From Planctomycetia bacterium (GTDB taxonomy: Bacteria; Planctomycetota; Planctomycetia; Pirellulales; PNKZ01): a stretch of DNA of 64,000 bases. A model generated the notes under the pieces. That model did not search any database. It saw only the letters and a program-made list of their open reading frames with translations, and was not told the DNA's origin. Positions 10,425 through 20,523 of this stretch are shown here, one piece after another; within the stretch, counting starts at the first letter, position 1, and every line of letters starts with the position of its first letter. The DNA lies in contig JAIOPP010000100.1 of the NCBI GenBank assembly GCA_021413845.1, positions 44,165-108,164 of the forward strand, written 5' to 3'. A program made the position numbers and the translations under genes.

Positions 10425-11792
10425 ATGAATGCTTTGGTACTCATGCTGATTCCGGCGACGCTCGGCGTCGACTTCGGTTGGGAACGTCAGCCGGACAATT
10501 CCATCGAGTACATCGTGCAGATCGAGCCCGAGGCGGTCGAGTCGATGAAGACCGGCACGGAGCTGATCAGCAGCTTGCCGCCGGCGCTGCGCAACATTCG
10601 CGACTATCGGATTCGCGTCGGCCGCGATCGGCTGCCGAACCAAAATATCATCCCTCCGGAAATCAATTCCAATCCTGCGGTGGGATCGAATCGCTCGACG
10701 ATCGGCAACGCGCCGATGAATGCGCCGAACAACTATCCGGCCTCGACCTATACGCAGAACAACGGCGCGTTCGTCAACAACTCCGCAACTCCGCAAACGC
10801 TCTCGCAACAGCAACTCGCCTCGGCTCAACCGACGCAATACAACAATCAACCGAACTACAACAACACGCCCACTGGGCTCGGTCCGACGACGAGCAACGT
10901 CGCGGGCATGAGCAACGTCACCGGCACGCCGACGGTTCCGACCTCGACGAGCGGCTTCCCGTTGCAAACGTCGAACGCCACGTATCCCGCCACGAACTAT
11001 CCGACCAACACAAACAACCAGTACCTCGGAAACCTTCCGCCGCCGCCGGGAACTTACCCGAACAACGCTTACCCGGCCGGCTCCGCACAGCAGCCGGGCT
11101 ACAACCAACCCGCCTATAATCAACCCAACTACAATACGCAGCCCGGCTACAACAATCAGCCGAACTACAACAACCAACCGTCGTACAATCAGCCGGGCTA
11201 TCCGCAGCAGCAAACGAATCCGCAATACGGTCAACAGCCGCCGCAATATCTGGCGTCGAATCCCGGACCTGCGGTTCCGAACTTGTACGGCCCCGGCCTC
11301 GGCGACCCACGCTCGTTCGGTGCGGCGAAGCCGAGCATCACCGATCCGGCCAACCCCGCCGGAACGGCCGGTTTCGGCAACCCGCAATTCGCCGGTCAGC
11401 CGACGAACGGATTTCCGCCGGGCACGCAATTCACGCAACCGGGCGCGAACACGATGGGCACCTATCCACAGGGCCAGTTCGCCGGCGCGCCTCCGCTCGG
11501 TGTGAATCCCAATTTGTTGCTGCCGAACGGTCAACTCGCCGGCAATCAGCCGCCGCTCAATCCGCAATTCACGAACGCCGCGAATACCGAAAATCGCTCC
11601 GGTTCCGATCCGCATCAGTCAGGAGCCGCAGGACGCACGACGGCCGCCGAGCAGCAATCGCAATGGGTCTCGCTGACGTTCACCTTGGTCGCGCTCTTCG
11701 CTTCGATCGGCGCCAACTTCTACTTCGGTTGGACGACCTATCACCTGCGTGAACGCTATCGCATGATGCTCGTCGACCGAGCGACGTATTAA
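10425..11792 (+). CDS. Hypothetical protein: small N-terminal domain, long N/Q/P/Y-rich low-complexity region, C-terminal TM anchor
   Basis: AGGAG RBS before ATG 10425; GVDFGWERQPDNSIEYIVQIEP; C-terminal WVSLTFTLVALFASIGANFYFGW. Confidence 0.75.
   Translation: MNALVLMLIPATLGVDFGWERQPDNSIEYIVQIEPEAVESMKTGTELISSLPPALRNIRDYRIRVGRDRLPNQNIIPPEINSNPAVGSNRSTIGNAPMNAPNNYPASTYTQNNGAFVNNSATPQTLSQQQLASAQPTQYNNQPNYNNTPTGLGPTTSNVAGMSNVTGTPTVPTSTSGFPLQTSNATYPATNYPTNTNNQYLGNLPPPPGTYPNNAYPAGSAQQPGYNQPAYNQPNYNTQPGYNNQPNYNNQPSYNQPGYPQQQTNPQYGQQPPQYLASNPGPAVPNLYGPGLGDPRSFGAAKPSITDPANPAGTAGFGNPQFAGQPTNGFPPGTQFTQPGANTMGTYPQGQFAGAPPLGVNPNLLLPNGQLAGNQPPLNPQFTNAANTENRSGSDPHQSGAAGRTTAAEQQSQWVSLTFTLVALFASIGANFYFGWTTYHLRERYRMMLVDRATY
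11091..11201 (+). repeat. Coding tandem repeat, QP(G/A/N/S)YN(N) peptide about 7 times
   Basis: QPGYNQPAYNQPNYNTQPGYNNQPNYNNQPSYNQPGY. Confidence 0.85.
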
Positions 11793-11859
11793 CGGATCTA
11801 AATTCGGAGTTCGTCGATTCTCCGCATTTGATTTTTGCCGTAAGAATTTTCTCTTTCGG

Positions 11860-14800
11860 TTATCCCGTTCGCTTGAGCTGCTTCAGTAGCTCGTCGGCCC
11901 GTCGGGTCTCGATCTCTTCGAGGAAGCGCACTTCACCGGCTTGTGCGACCGCCACGATCCGTCCGTCGCAAAACGCGATCGAGTTGCCCGTCACGGCCGG
12001 CAAGCGCGGCCCAGGCAGAATGATCCCCGTGAGGTTCAGCGGATCGGCCGCCGAGAGAATCAGCCATTGCTTCTCCGCCCCTGCTTCGACCTGCTCTTCG
12101 CGGACTTTGCGAACTTGTTCGACGGCGTCGCCGAGCGCGAACTGCTCCCCTCCGACTCCCGCAATGAAGCGCCCGCCCCGAATCTCGCCGCGCGCTTCCA
12201 TTCGCCGATACTGACTCACCAGCGCCCACCACGGCGGCGCACAGGTCTCGCGTTCGAGTAAGTCGCGGAATACGATTCCCCAACGCTTCAACAAGTGCCA
12301 AGCCCATTTCACCACGCGCTCCTCCGGGCTCACTTCCAGCAGCGCACCCGGGAACAGCGACCAGCGGCCGGCCATCGTGCAACTTCCCGTTCGTCGACGT
12401 CGCGAGCGCAAGCGAACGCGCGACGACCGCTTTTGCTCATCGGCCGTCAACGCTCGCACCGCGCCGAAAGCGTCGGACGAGGCGAGCCCTTGCGCGGCGA
12501 GCTCATAAAGCCCCATGTCTAAGTGGTCGGGAAGTAGACCGGTGAGCGCTACTAGATCGTGATAGAAGAGCGCGCCGCGTGCCCGGAGCACGTCGAGCAC
12601 ATCGAGCGCGTTGCCGCGCAGCGGTACTTCTTCGAGATTGCGATCCGGCGGAACGAGCCACGCGATATCGGTACGCGCCGCCAGCGCGATCGGCATCACG
12701 CGATTGAGCCCGACCGCGCTGGGGCCGGCTTCTTCGTCTCTGCGCGGCGGCTTGAGTCTCCCCCACATCACTTCACCCGAAAGGGAAAGCTCATCGAGCC
12801 AGAGTGGGTCGTAGTCGGTGACGCGACTCGCCAGCACGCGCGATTCCCAAGCTCCGGCCGGAATTTCGAGTCCTTCGAGTTGTTCGATGACCTCGCGCAA
12901 CCCGGCGCGGCCACGCAACCGGACCTCGCCCGTCAGCCGCTGATGTCGCAAGAGAAACCGTAAGTAATCGCTCGGCTCGACCGGTTTGATCTGCTTGCGC
13001 AAGCCATCGAGAGTCATGCGATGGATCCGCGCGAGCAAGCGTCGATCGCACCACTCCGGATGCTTTTCACCGGCCGCTGCAGCCGCTTGGCCGGCCGGCG
13101 TGAACGAGCCGCGGAGCACGACCCCTTCTCCTTCGAGCGACTCGAGCGCGGCGCCGACCGCCGAGATGTCGAACCCCAGTCGCTCGGCAAGTTGCGGCAC
13201 CATGATCGGCCCCAAGCACGGCATCCAGCCGCGCAGCGCAACGATCAGCGCAGCGCTCCGCTCGGTCGCAGTATCGTCGCCGGCAGGCAATTCGGGCTCG
13301 AACCGCGCATCCGCATAAATCGCTTTCGCGAGCGACGCTCGTTCGGCGGCGACCCAAAACCGTCGGCCTGCCGCGGTCGTCGCCGTTAGGGCGCGCTTCG
13401 CTCGTCGCAACGGCTCGAACATTTCGCGCCAAGGCGCGCCGTCGACTTCCGAAACGACGACCATACTCAATAGAGCGTCGTGCAGTTCATCGGGATCGCG
13501 AACCGTCGGCCATGCATCCGCGCACACTTGCTCGATCGCCGCAGGCTCGAGCCTGCCGAGATCCCGTACGGCATCGATCGTGACACCGCGCCTCGTGGCG
13601 ACGGCCCGAGCTCGGCGTTCTTCGAGCGGCGCGTCGTCGAGGAATGCGTAGGGATTCGCGTTCACCAGTTCGTGGCTCATCGGCGACGGCTCGCGCGTAT
13701 CGATCGCGACGAACTCGATCTTGCCGGCGTGGTAATCGTCGAGCGTGCCGAGCCAGCGCTTTAGGTCCATCGCTTCGGTATGGCAATCGTGAATCGTTTG
13801 CCGCACGAGGGGATGATCGGGAATGTCGATGTCGCCGTGATGGTTCTCGAAGCAACCGGTCTTCGCAGGAAATACGGCGGCAAGAAAGTCGTCGGCCTTG
13901 AAGCGCTGCATGTGCGGCGGGACTTTCTTCCCGGCTTTCATCCGTGCGACGACGAGAGCCCGCGAGGCATTCCAACGCCAGCGCGTTTCGAACATCGGCG
14001 CGGCCAGCAACGCCTGAGTCAGCAGATACTCACCGTTCCCGCTATTGAGCATCTTGAAGAGTGCATCGATCGGGAAGCTATGTTGCGGACCGATCGCGAG
14101 GACGAAGCCGTCGTCGTCGGCCGAGGCTTGGAGCTCGAAATCGAACGAGCGGCAGAATCGCTTGCGCATCGCGAGCCCCCAGGCGCGTGTTACCCGTGCA
14201 CCGAGCGGTGCATGGATGACGACTTGCATTCCGCCCGACTCGTCGAAGAACCGCTCGAACAAGATCTTCCAGCGTGTGGGAATGAACCCGACCGCGGCTT
14301 TCTGCGCCGCGATATAACGGACGACTTGCTGCAATGCCCACTCTTCCGTCGGGCACTCGCGCTGCAACCATTCCAGCGCCTCGCGCGTGTCGACGTTCGG
14401 CGGATCGGAGTCACCGCCGGCGGTCGAGGTTCCTCGTTCCGGAAGCGGCGGCAGCGGCGGCGCGAGCGCTACGGCCGTGCGGTGTTCGTCGTCACGGCTG
14501 GGAAACGATTCGGCGTCGTCGTCCCCCTCGAAGAACGAGCGTTGTTGCTTGCTCGAGGGGCCGCGCGCGAGAATCGCGTAGTCTTCACGAAACTGCGAAG
14601 CCTCTCGGGTCTTCGTCGCCGCCGGTTCGCCGAGATGCACGCGCTCGCCAAGCGCTTGCCGCAAGAGCGAGACTTCGGTGGAGAGTTCGTCGGTGCGGCC
14701 GGGGGCTTCGCCGAGCCAAAACGGGATCGAGGCCGGGGCACCATGCGCATCGTTGACGACGACCTCGCCGCCGCGCACATATTTAATTCGCCAGGAAGTA

Positions 14801-16434
14801 TTGCCGAGTTGAAACACATCGCCGGCGAGGCTTTCGATCGCGAAGTCTTCGTTGACCGAGCCGAGCACCGTGCGGTCTTCCTCCGTCACCACGCGGTAGT
14901 CGGCAAGTTCGGGAATCGCGCCGCCGTTCATGAGCGCGGTCAGGCGGGCGTGTCGGCGCGGTCGGACCTTGCCGTTCACGACGTCGCGGAAGATATGCAT
15001 CCCGTGCTTTTGCGAGACCGACATCCCTTCGTGCAGCAGCTTCACGATCTCGTCGAATTCGCCCCGTCCCAGATCGCGAAACGGCCACGCGCGTCGGCAC
15101 ATCGCAAAGAGCGCGTCTTCGTCCCATTCGTCGCTCGCGACGGTCGCCGTGATTTGTTGTGCGAGGATGTCGAGCGGCTTCTGCGGGATCTCGATCGTGT
15201 CGAGTCGTCCGCAGCGCGCGGCCCTGAGCAGCGCCATGCATTCCACGAGCTCGTCGCGCGTGAGCGGAAACAGCCGCCCCTTCGGGACGACGCCGAGCGA
15301 GTGTCCCGAGCGGCCGATCCGCTGCAGAAATGTCGCGATCGAGCGGGGCGAGCCGATCTGAATGACCAAGTCGATATAGCCGACGTCGATTCCCATTTCC
15401 AAGCTCGCCGTCGCGACGACCGCTTTGAGCTCGCCGTCTTTCAAACGCTGCTCGGCCGAATGGCGCATCTGTCGCGAGAGGCTGCCGTGGTGGCTGGCAA
15501 CCGCTTCTTCGCCGAGCAACTCCGCCAAATGATGCGTCACGCGCTCCGCGAGCCGGCGCGTGTTGACGAACACGAGCGTGCTGCGGTGCGACTGAATCAA
15601 GCCTACGATCCGCTCGTAAACTTCGCCCCATTGTTCGTGCGAGCAAACCGCTTCGAGCTCCGACGGCGGGACTTCGATGCCGAGATCGAGCGTGCGCAAG
15701 TGCCCGACATCGACGATCTCGCAGCGCGGCACATTATCGGCATCGACGTTGCCGGCCCCGATCAAGAACCTTGCGATCTCGTCCATCGGGCGTTGCGTGG
15801 CCGAGAGGCCGATCCGCGTCGGTGCTTTGCCGCCGTCGGAAGCCAGGCATAAGGCGTCGAGTCGTTCGAGCGTGAGCGTGAGGTGCGAGCCGCGTTTGTC
15901 GCGCGCGAGAGCATGGATTTCGTCGACGATCACGGTCTTCACGCTGCGCAGAATCTCGCGGCTCTTCGACGACGTGAGCAACAGATAAAGCGACTCCGGT
16001 GTCGTGACCAAAATCTGCGGCGGCCGCTTCACCATCGCTTGTCGTTCGGAAGCCGGCGTGTCGCCGGTGCGAACGGCGACCCGAATCGGCAGCGGATTCA
16101 GGCCCTCGGCCTTAGCGGTTTCTTCGATCTCCAGAAGCGGCAGTACGAGGTTGCGACGAATATCGTTGCTCAAGGCTTTGAGCGGCGACACATAGAGCAC
16201 ATCGACCGCGTCGCGTAGATCGCCTGCGAGCGCCGAGCGCAGCAGCCGATCGAGCGGCACCATAAAGGCCGACCTCGTCTTGCCGGAGCCGGTCGGTGCG
16301 GCGATGAGCGTATGCCGCCCGGAAGCGATCGCCGGCCAACCGAGCCGCTGCGGATCGGTCGGGGCGCGGAACTTTTCGAGGAACCAACGACGGAGAACGG
16401 GATGGAAGTTGTCGAGCGACATCGGTGCGTTCAC
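11860..16434 (-). CDS. lhr: Lhr-family ATP-dependent DEAD/H helicase (long form)
   Basis: APTGSGKT, DEIH, GLSAT, HHGSLS, QRIGRSGH; C-terminal IRGGRFIAG and SAADPLNLTG. Start may be ATG 16422. Confidence 0.93.
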   Translation of the reverse strand: MNAPMSLDNFHPVLRRWFLEKFRAPTDPQRLGWPAIASGRHTLIAAPTGSGKTRSAFMVPLDRLLRSALAGDLRDAVDVLYVSPLKALSNDIRRNLVLPLLEIEETAKAEGLNPLPIRVAVRTGDTPASERQAMVKRPPQILVTTPESLYLLLTSSKSREILRSVKTVIVDEIHALARDKRGSHLTLTLERLDALCLASDGGKAPTRIGLSATQRPMDEIARFLIGAGNVDADNVPRCEIVDVGHLRTLDLGIEVPPSELEAVCSHEQWGEVYERIVGLIQSHRSTLVFVNTRRLAERVTHHLAELLGEEAVASHHGSLSRQMRHSAEQRLKDGELKAVVATASLEMGIDVGYIDLVIQIGSPRSIATFLQRIGRSGHSLGVVPKGRLFPLTRDELVECMALLRAARCGRLDTIEIPQKPLDILAQQITATVASDEWDEDALFAMCRRAWPFRDLGRGEFDEIVKLLHEGMSVSQKHGMHIFRDVVNGKVRPRRHARLTALMNGGAIPELADYRVVTEEDRTVLGSVNEDFAIESLAGDVFQLGNTSWRIKYVRGGEVVVNDAHGAPASIPFWLGEAPGRTDELSTEVSLLRQALGERVHLGEPAATKTREASQFREDYAILARGPSSKQQRSFFEGDDDAESFPSRDDEHRTAVALAPPLPPLPERGTSTAGGDSDPPNVDTREALEWLQRECPTEEWALQQVVRYIAAQKAAVGFIPTRWKILFERFFDESGGMQVVIHAPLGARVTRAWGLAMRKRFCRSFDFELQASADDDGFVLAIGPQHSFPIDALFKMLNSGNGEYLLTQALLAAPMFETRWRWNASRALVVARMKAGKKVPPHMQRFKADDFLAAVFPAKTGCFENHHGDIDIPDHPLVRQTIHDCHTEAMDLKRWLGTLDDYHAGKIEFVAIDTREPSPMSHELVNANPYAFLDDAPLEERRARAVATRRGVTIDAVRDLGRLEPAAIEQVCADAWPTVRDPDELHDALLSMVVVSEVDGAPWREMFEPLRRAKRALTATTAAGRRFWVAAERASLAKAIYADARFEPELPAGDDTATERSAALIVALRGWMPCLGPIMVPQLAERLGFDISAVGAALESLEGEGVVLRGSFTPAGQAAAAAGEKHPEWCDRRLLARIHRMTLDGLRKQIKPVEPSDYLRFLLRHQRLTGEVRLRGRAGLREVIEQLEGLEIPAGAWESRVLASRVTDYDPLWLDELSLSGEVMWGRLKPPRRDEEAGPSAVGLNRVMPIALAARTDIAWLVPPDRNLEEVPLRGNALDVLDVLRARGALFYHDLVALTGLLPDHLDMGLYELAAQGLASSDAFGAVRALTADEQKRSSRVRLRSRRRRTGSCTMAGRWSLFPGALLEVSPEERVVKWAWHLLKRWGIVFRDLLERETCAPPWWALVSQYRRMEARGEIRGGRFIAGVGGEQFALGDAVEQVRKVREEQVEAGAEKQWLILSAADPLNLTGIILPGPRLPAVTGNSIAFCDGRIVAVAQAGEVRFLEEIETRRADELLKQLKRTG

Positions 16435-16766
16435 CCATCTAAGATCGAAGTCGACGAAGCCACGGCGGGAAAAGCGTCAGTGAACTTCTGTATCCCATTC
16501 GATCGTTTTTCAATGCTCGCGTGAAGTACCGCGACCGGCCGGCAAGGGTTATCCGCCGAGCGTTGTAGATCGCTATTCGTTTCTGAAACCGCTGCAACCG
16601 GCCTAGTTACGGCGAATTCCCCGGCTTGAAGGGTTCGGACGAAGTTCGTAGAATGTTCGTTTCTCGGCAGAAGCGCCTTTCGCGTCAATGAGCCGGTTTT
16701 TTATCGCGCCCCAGCACTAGATCGTGTCCGTTGGGGTCGCGTGATCGATTTTCGGAGACTTTGAAG

Positions 16767-17105
16767 ATGACGATGGACAAGAGCTTGCGTATCCGTGCCG
16801 GAAGCACGCGGTCGCGCAACGTGTTGACCCGAGCCGAGCGGATCGAGCAAATGAAGGGAGCCGATACCTTCGCTGAAGATTCGACGCGCCCTTACGGGCT
16901 GCCGAAGACCCGCGTCGTGAAGCTCTCGATGAAAAAGAAGAAGAAGGTCAAGGAAGCGGAAGAAGACGATCCGAAGGCCGCCAAGGGTGCGAAGCCGGCC
17001 GCCGGCGCGAAGCCCGCTGCTGCCGCAGCCAAACCGGCCGCCGGTGCGAAGCCTGCCGCCGCCGCTGCTGCCAAACCGGCCGCAAAGCCTGCCGCTAAGA
17101 AGTAA
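16767..17105 (+). CDS. PVC-superphylum small basic signature protein with K/A/P-rich tail
   Basis: MTMDKSL...RNVLTRAERI...YGLPKTRV, then poly-K and AKPAA repeats; GGAG RBS. Confidence 0.88.
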   Translation: MTMDKSLRIRAGSTRSRNVLTRAERIEQMKGADTFAEDSTRPYGLPKTRVVKLSMKKKKKVKEAEEDDPKAAKGAKPAAGAKPAAAAAKPAAGAKPAAAAAAKPAAKPAAKK

Positions 17106-17276
17106 TCGCTCGAAAAAATACTCCGAAGTCGTGCCGCCGGCTTGGTCGTGCGGCGCATCGATCGGACGGTGTACGATGGAAGAGCCGCGTTCGGCAGCGG
17201 AGCGAATCTACTACGGTTCGCTTTGCCGCCGAGCGCGGCTTTTCGCACGTATCGACAACTCCTGAGGACTCTCGCG

Positions 17277-18551
17277 ATGCGCGTGAAGCTCGAATACGGA
17301 AAGACCGGGCTCGAAGTCGAGTTGCCGAGTGAGCGAGTCGTACGCACGCTGGCGTATAAGAACGCCGTGCCGACGGCTGAGCCTGAGCTTGAGTTGGAGC
17401 GGGTGCTGCGCGAGCCGATCGGTTCTCGTGCGCTCGGCGAGCTTGCGCGCGGGCGTAAGAGCGCGTGTATTCTCATTTGCGACCGTACGCGACCGGTGCC
17501 GAATGAGCTGCTGCTGACCCCGATTTTGCGCGAGCTCGAAGCGGCCGGCATCGCCCGAGAACGGATCACGATTCTCGTCGCGACCGGTTTGCATCGGCCG
17601 AATGAAGGAGAAGAGCTCGTCGAGCTTGTCGGCCGGCGAATCGCAGAGACGTATCGTTGCGAGAATCATTTCGGTAAAGATCGGGACTCGCATACCTACC
17701 TCGGCGATAGCCCGCACGGCGTCCCCATTTGGATCGATTCGCGCTACATCGACGCCGAACTCAAGATCACGGTCGGCTTGATCGAGCCGCACTTCATGGC
17801 CGGCTTCTCGGGCGGCAGGAAGCTCATCTGCCCCGGCATTGCGGCATTGGAAACGATCAAGGCTTGGCATAGTCCTCGGTTTCTCGAACACCCCAACGCG
17901 ACGAGCGGAGTGCTGGCGGGGAATCCGGTGCATGAAGAAAACACCTGGATCGCAAAGAAGGCCGGGTGCGACTTCATCGTCAACGTCGTGATCGACGCCC
18001 TGCGTCGGCCGCTTTGCTTCGTCGCCGGCGATATGATCGAGGCGTTCGAGGCCGGTGTGCGATTCGTGCGCGGCGTGGTCGTCGACACGATGCCGGCCGA
18101 AGCGGATATCGTCGTCACGAGCGGGGCGGGCTATCCGCTCGACACGACGTTTTATCAAGCCGTCAAAGGAATGGTCGGCGCGATGTCGGTCGTGCGGCAA
18201 GGTGGGACGATCATCATCGCCGCCGGCCTGACGGAAGGGATCGGTAGTCCCGAGTTTTGCGGACTGTTCGACGACAACGGGACGCTCGAAGGTTTCGTCG
18301 AGCGGATCGTCACGACCGATTACTTCGTGATGGATCAATGGCAGATGGAAGAACTTGCCAAAGTGCGGCGCAAGGCGAAGGTGAAGATCGTGAGCGATGG
18401 CTTGCCGCGCGCGACGCTCGATCGGTTGTTCGTCGAGAGTGCGGAGAGCGTCGAGGCGGCCGTCGCAGCATCGCTCGCGGAGTACGGCGCCGAAGCGACG
18501 ATCGCCGTGATTCCGAAGGGGCCGTACGTGCTGGCCCAAGTCGGCGCGTAG
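17277..18551 (+). CDS. larA: Nickel-pincer-dependent lactate racemase family protein
   Basis: [48 protein letters not shown]. Confidence 0.9.
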   Translation: MRVKLEYGKTGLEVELPSERVVRTLAYKNAVPTAEPELELERVLREPIGSRALGELARGRKSACILICDRTRPVPNELLLTPILRELEAAGIARERITILVATGLHRPNEGEELVELVGRRIAETYRCENHFGKDRDSHTYLGDSPHGVPIWIDSRYIDAELKITVGLIEPHFMAGFSGGRKLICPGIAALETIKAWHSPRFLEHPNATSGVLAGNPVHEENTWIAKKAGCDFIVNVVIDALRRPLCFVAGDMIEAFEAGVRFVRGVVVDTMPAEADIVVTSGAGYPLDTTFYQAVKGMVGAMSVVRQGGTIIIAAGLTEGIGSPEFCGLFDDNGTLEGFVERIVTTDYFVMDQWQMEELAKVRRKAKVKIVSDGLPRATLDRLFVESAESVEAAVAASLAEYGAEATIAVIPKGPYVLAQVGA

Positions 18552-18573
18552 ATGCGCCGCTTGCGAAGCCGCG

Positions 18574-19059
18574 CTATTCCGGTTTTCCGAAGGTTGCGAG
18601 TTCGTCGCCGCTGAGGCGAAACAAGCGCCAGTCGGTCATCTGCTTCGCTCCGAGCCCTTCGTAGAAACGAATCGCCGGCTCGTTCCAATCCAGCGCCGTC
18701 CATTCGACCCGACCGCAACGCCGCTCGACGGCGATCTCGGCGATCCGTTTCAGCAAGAGCTTGCCGAGCCCGACTCCGCGTGCCGCCGGGCGAACATACA
18801 GATCTTCCAAATACAAGCCAGGACGACCGACGAAGGTCGAGTAGTTGTGAAGGTATAAGGCGAAACCCAGCGGTTCGTCGTCGACGGTGCCGAGCAGGGC
18901 TTCGCAATAAGGTCGCGGGCCGAAGAGGGCTGCCCGTAAGTCGGCTTCCACGGCAACGACCGCGTGCCGGAGCCGTTCGTAGTCGGCTAGCTCGCAAATG
19001 AGCGTATGCAGCAATGGGATATCGTCGGGAAGAGCCGCACGGACGGCGAGAGCAGGCAT
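18574..19059 (-). CDS. GNAT N-acetyltransferase (diamine acetyltransferase-like)
   Basis: LYLEDLYVRPAARGVGLG, WTALDWNEPAIRFY. Confidence 0.92.
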   Translation of the reverse strand: MPALAVRAALPDDIPLLHTLICELADYERLRHAVVAVEADLRAALFGPRPYCEALLGTVDDEPLGFALYLHNYSTFVGRPGLYLEDLYVRPAARGVGLGKLLLKRIAEIAVERRCGRVEWTALDWNEPAIRFYEGLGAKQMTDWRLFRLSGDELATFGKPE

Positions 19060-19084
19060 CGATCGATTCCGAAGTCGAATAAAT

Positions 19085-19120
19085 AAAAAAGGGCCCTCGA
19101 CACGGCTGTCGAGGGCCCTT
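19085..19120 (-). terminator. Intrinsic terminator of the 19191-20399 gene
   Basis: Perfect 12-bp stem GGGCCCTCGACA/TGTCGAGGGCCC with a 4-nt loop, followed on the minus strand by TTTTTT. Confidence 0.88.
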
Positions 19121-19190
19121 GGATTCTATTGCGCAACTGCGCGATCCGAAAGTCAGGTAGATCGCGAGATGCTTGACGGAAGCGTAGTCG

Positions 19191-20399
19191 TTAGCGAATG
19201 CCCGACGTCGGCGACGCGGACATCATCGAAGCGGAGTGCATCGACAACGGGTTCCGAACGGCCGCGTGAACCGGTGAGGAGTTTGCCCATTCACGTTGCG
19301 GTTCGTAGCGACGCGTGAACGGAGTCGTCGTCGGCACGGGGCGGAACTCGTTCGGGAAGAACGTCTCGGCGACGGTCTTCAAGAAGCGGCATTCCATCGA
19401 ATCGGCGTTTTCGGTAACCACGCGATCGAGCAGTTCACGCATCATCGCTTTGCCGCGCGGCCAACGAACATCGACCACGGTCGAGGCGTCTTCGAGGAGT
19501 TGATAGATGCGTGCGCGAGTGAGCCGCATCCGCATCGCTGCTTTGCGAACGCTCAAAGCAGGGCCGTCGAAGCCGAGGCGGCCGCGCAACATCGTGGCCG
19601 TTTGCGTTCCGGCATCGACGTCGATTTGCTCGATGATCGGTTCGACCAAGGCTTGACGAAGCAACTCGCTGGACGGCAGCGACTTGGCGCCGATCAGTTC
19701 TTGCATCCGCATTTCCAAGCGTTCGATTCGTTCCGGAGTGAGACGCACTTGCACTCGCCCGTCGGTCGGCTGACCGTCGAGCTGCGAATGCAGCTGGCCG
19801 AAAATCGTGACGACGCAACGGACTCGCTTCTCGCCGTGCGTTTTCAACTTGCGAATTTCAGCAAGCGTCAGGCCGGCGTAGGTCTCGAGCGGAACGCTCC
19901 AAATGACGCGCGGAAGCTCGTGCAACGAAGCGGCGAAGCAACCGAGAGGTTCGTGGCCCAAGCGATGCGTGATGATCGTCGAGCGCCAGGTGGCCCAAGT
20001 GACTTCCGAGATATTCGAAGGGTCGCCGATATGGGTGACGGTCGTTGCGGGAGCCCCCACGGCAACCGAGGTGATTTGCGGTGCGACATCCTCCAAGCGT
20101 TCTTTCTGCAGCTCTTCGGTATGCAGAGCTCGGTCGAGCAACTTGAGAAGCGAAAGCATTTTCTTTTGGCCGATGCCGGGCACCGCTGCGAGCGAGTCGT
20201 AAGGGGTGCGCAGCAAATCGCCGAGGGAGCGATGTAAGAGAGCTCGCGGAAGCCGACGATCGGCCGGGAGAGCCCAATCGTAAAGCGGATGATTCAACTG
20301 GGGGGCGTAGCGATCAGTGAGCAGCAGATTGCGAATCTTCTCGAAGCGGGCGGCTAGTTCGAAACGCATTTGCCGAGGGGAAGCTGAATGCTTAATCAT
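19191..20399 (-). CDS. Hypothetical regulator: two alphaCTD/HhH-like repeats plus a sigma70 region-4-like HTH
   Basis: AGGAG RBS before ATG 20399; SLGDLLRTPYDSLAAVPGIGQKKM; LTLAEIRKLKTHGEKRV; MLRGRLGFDGPALSVRKAAMRMRLTRARIYQL. Confidence 0.7.
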   Translation of the reverse strand: MIKHSASPRQMRFELAARFEKIRNLLLTDRYAPQLNHPLYDWALPADRRLPRALLHRSLGDLLRTPYDSLAAVPGIGQKKMLSLLKLLDRALHTEELQKERLEDVAPQITSVAVGAPATTVTHIGDPSNISEVTWATWRSTIITHRLGHEPLGCFAASLHELPRVIWSVPLETYAGLTLAEIRKLKTHGEKRVRCVVTIFGQLHSQLDGQPTDGRVQVRLTPERIERLEMRMQELIGAKSLPSSELLRQALVEPIIEQIDVDAGTQTATMLRGRLGFDGPALSVRKAAMRMRLTRARIYQLLEDASTVVDVRWPRGKAMMRELLDRVVTENADSMECRFLKTVAETFFPNEFRPVPTTTPFTRRYEPQREWANSSPVHAAVRNPLSMHSASMMSASPTSGIR

Positions 20400-20505
20400 G
20401 TGCGGGACTCCTGCCCAAAAAACCAGCATCGATCGTCGTGAAACTATGCATCCGCCTGTCGTAAGTCGTTTGGATTCACGATCTTCCAACGACATGGAGA
20501 CTGTT

Positions 20506-20523
20506 AGGCAAAGTCTGTGCCAA
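20506..20523 (-). promoter_or_regulatory. sigma54 (-24/-12) promoter
   Basis: Minus strand reads TTGGCACAGACTTTGCCT, matching TGGCAC-N5-TTGC with GG-N10-GC spacing, about 110 nt upstream of ATG 20399. Confidence 0.75.

Noticed and set aside
14390..14640. Insertion in Lhr as a possible intein
   Set aside because: It is a short P/D/E-rich low-complexity linker without C/S...HN splice motifs.
13780..15852. 690-aa plus-strand ORF, and similar long antisense ORFs (1359..2468, 31157..32554, 45559..47067, 56396..57841, 61637..63187)
   Set aside because: These are antisense shadows of well-supported genes, expected from high-GC codon bias, and carry no motifs.
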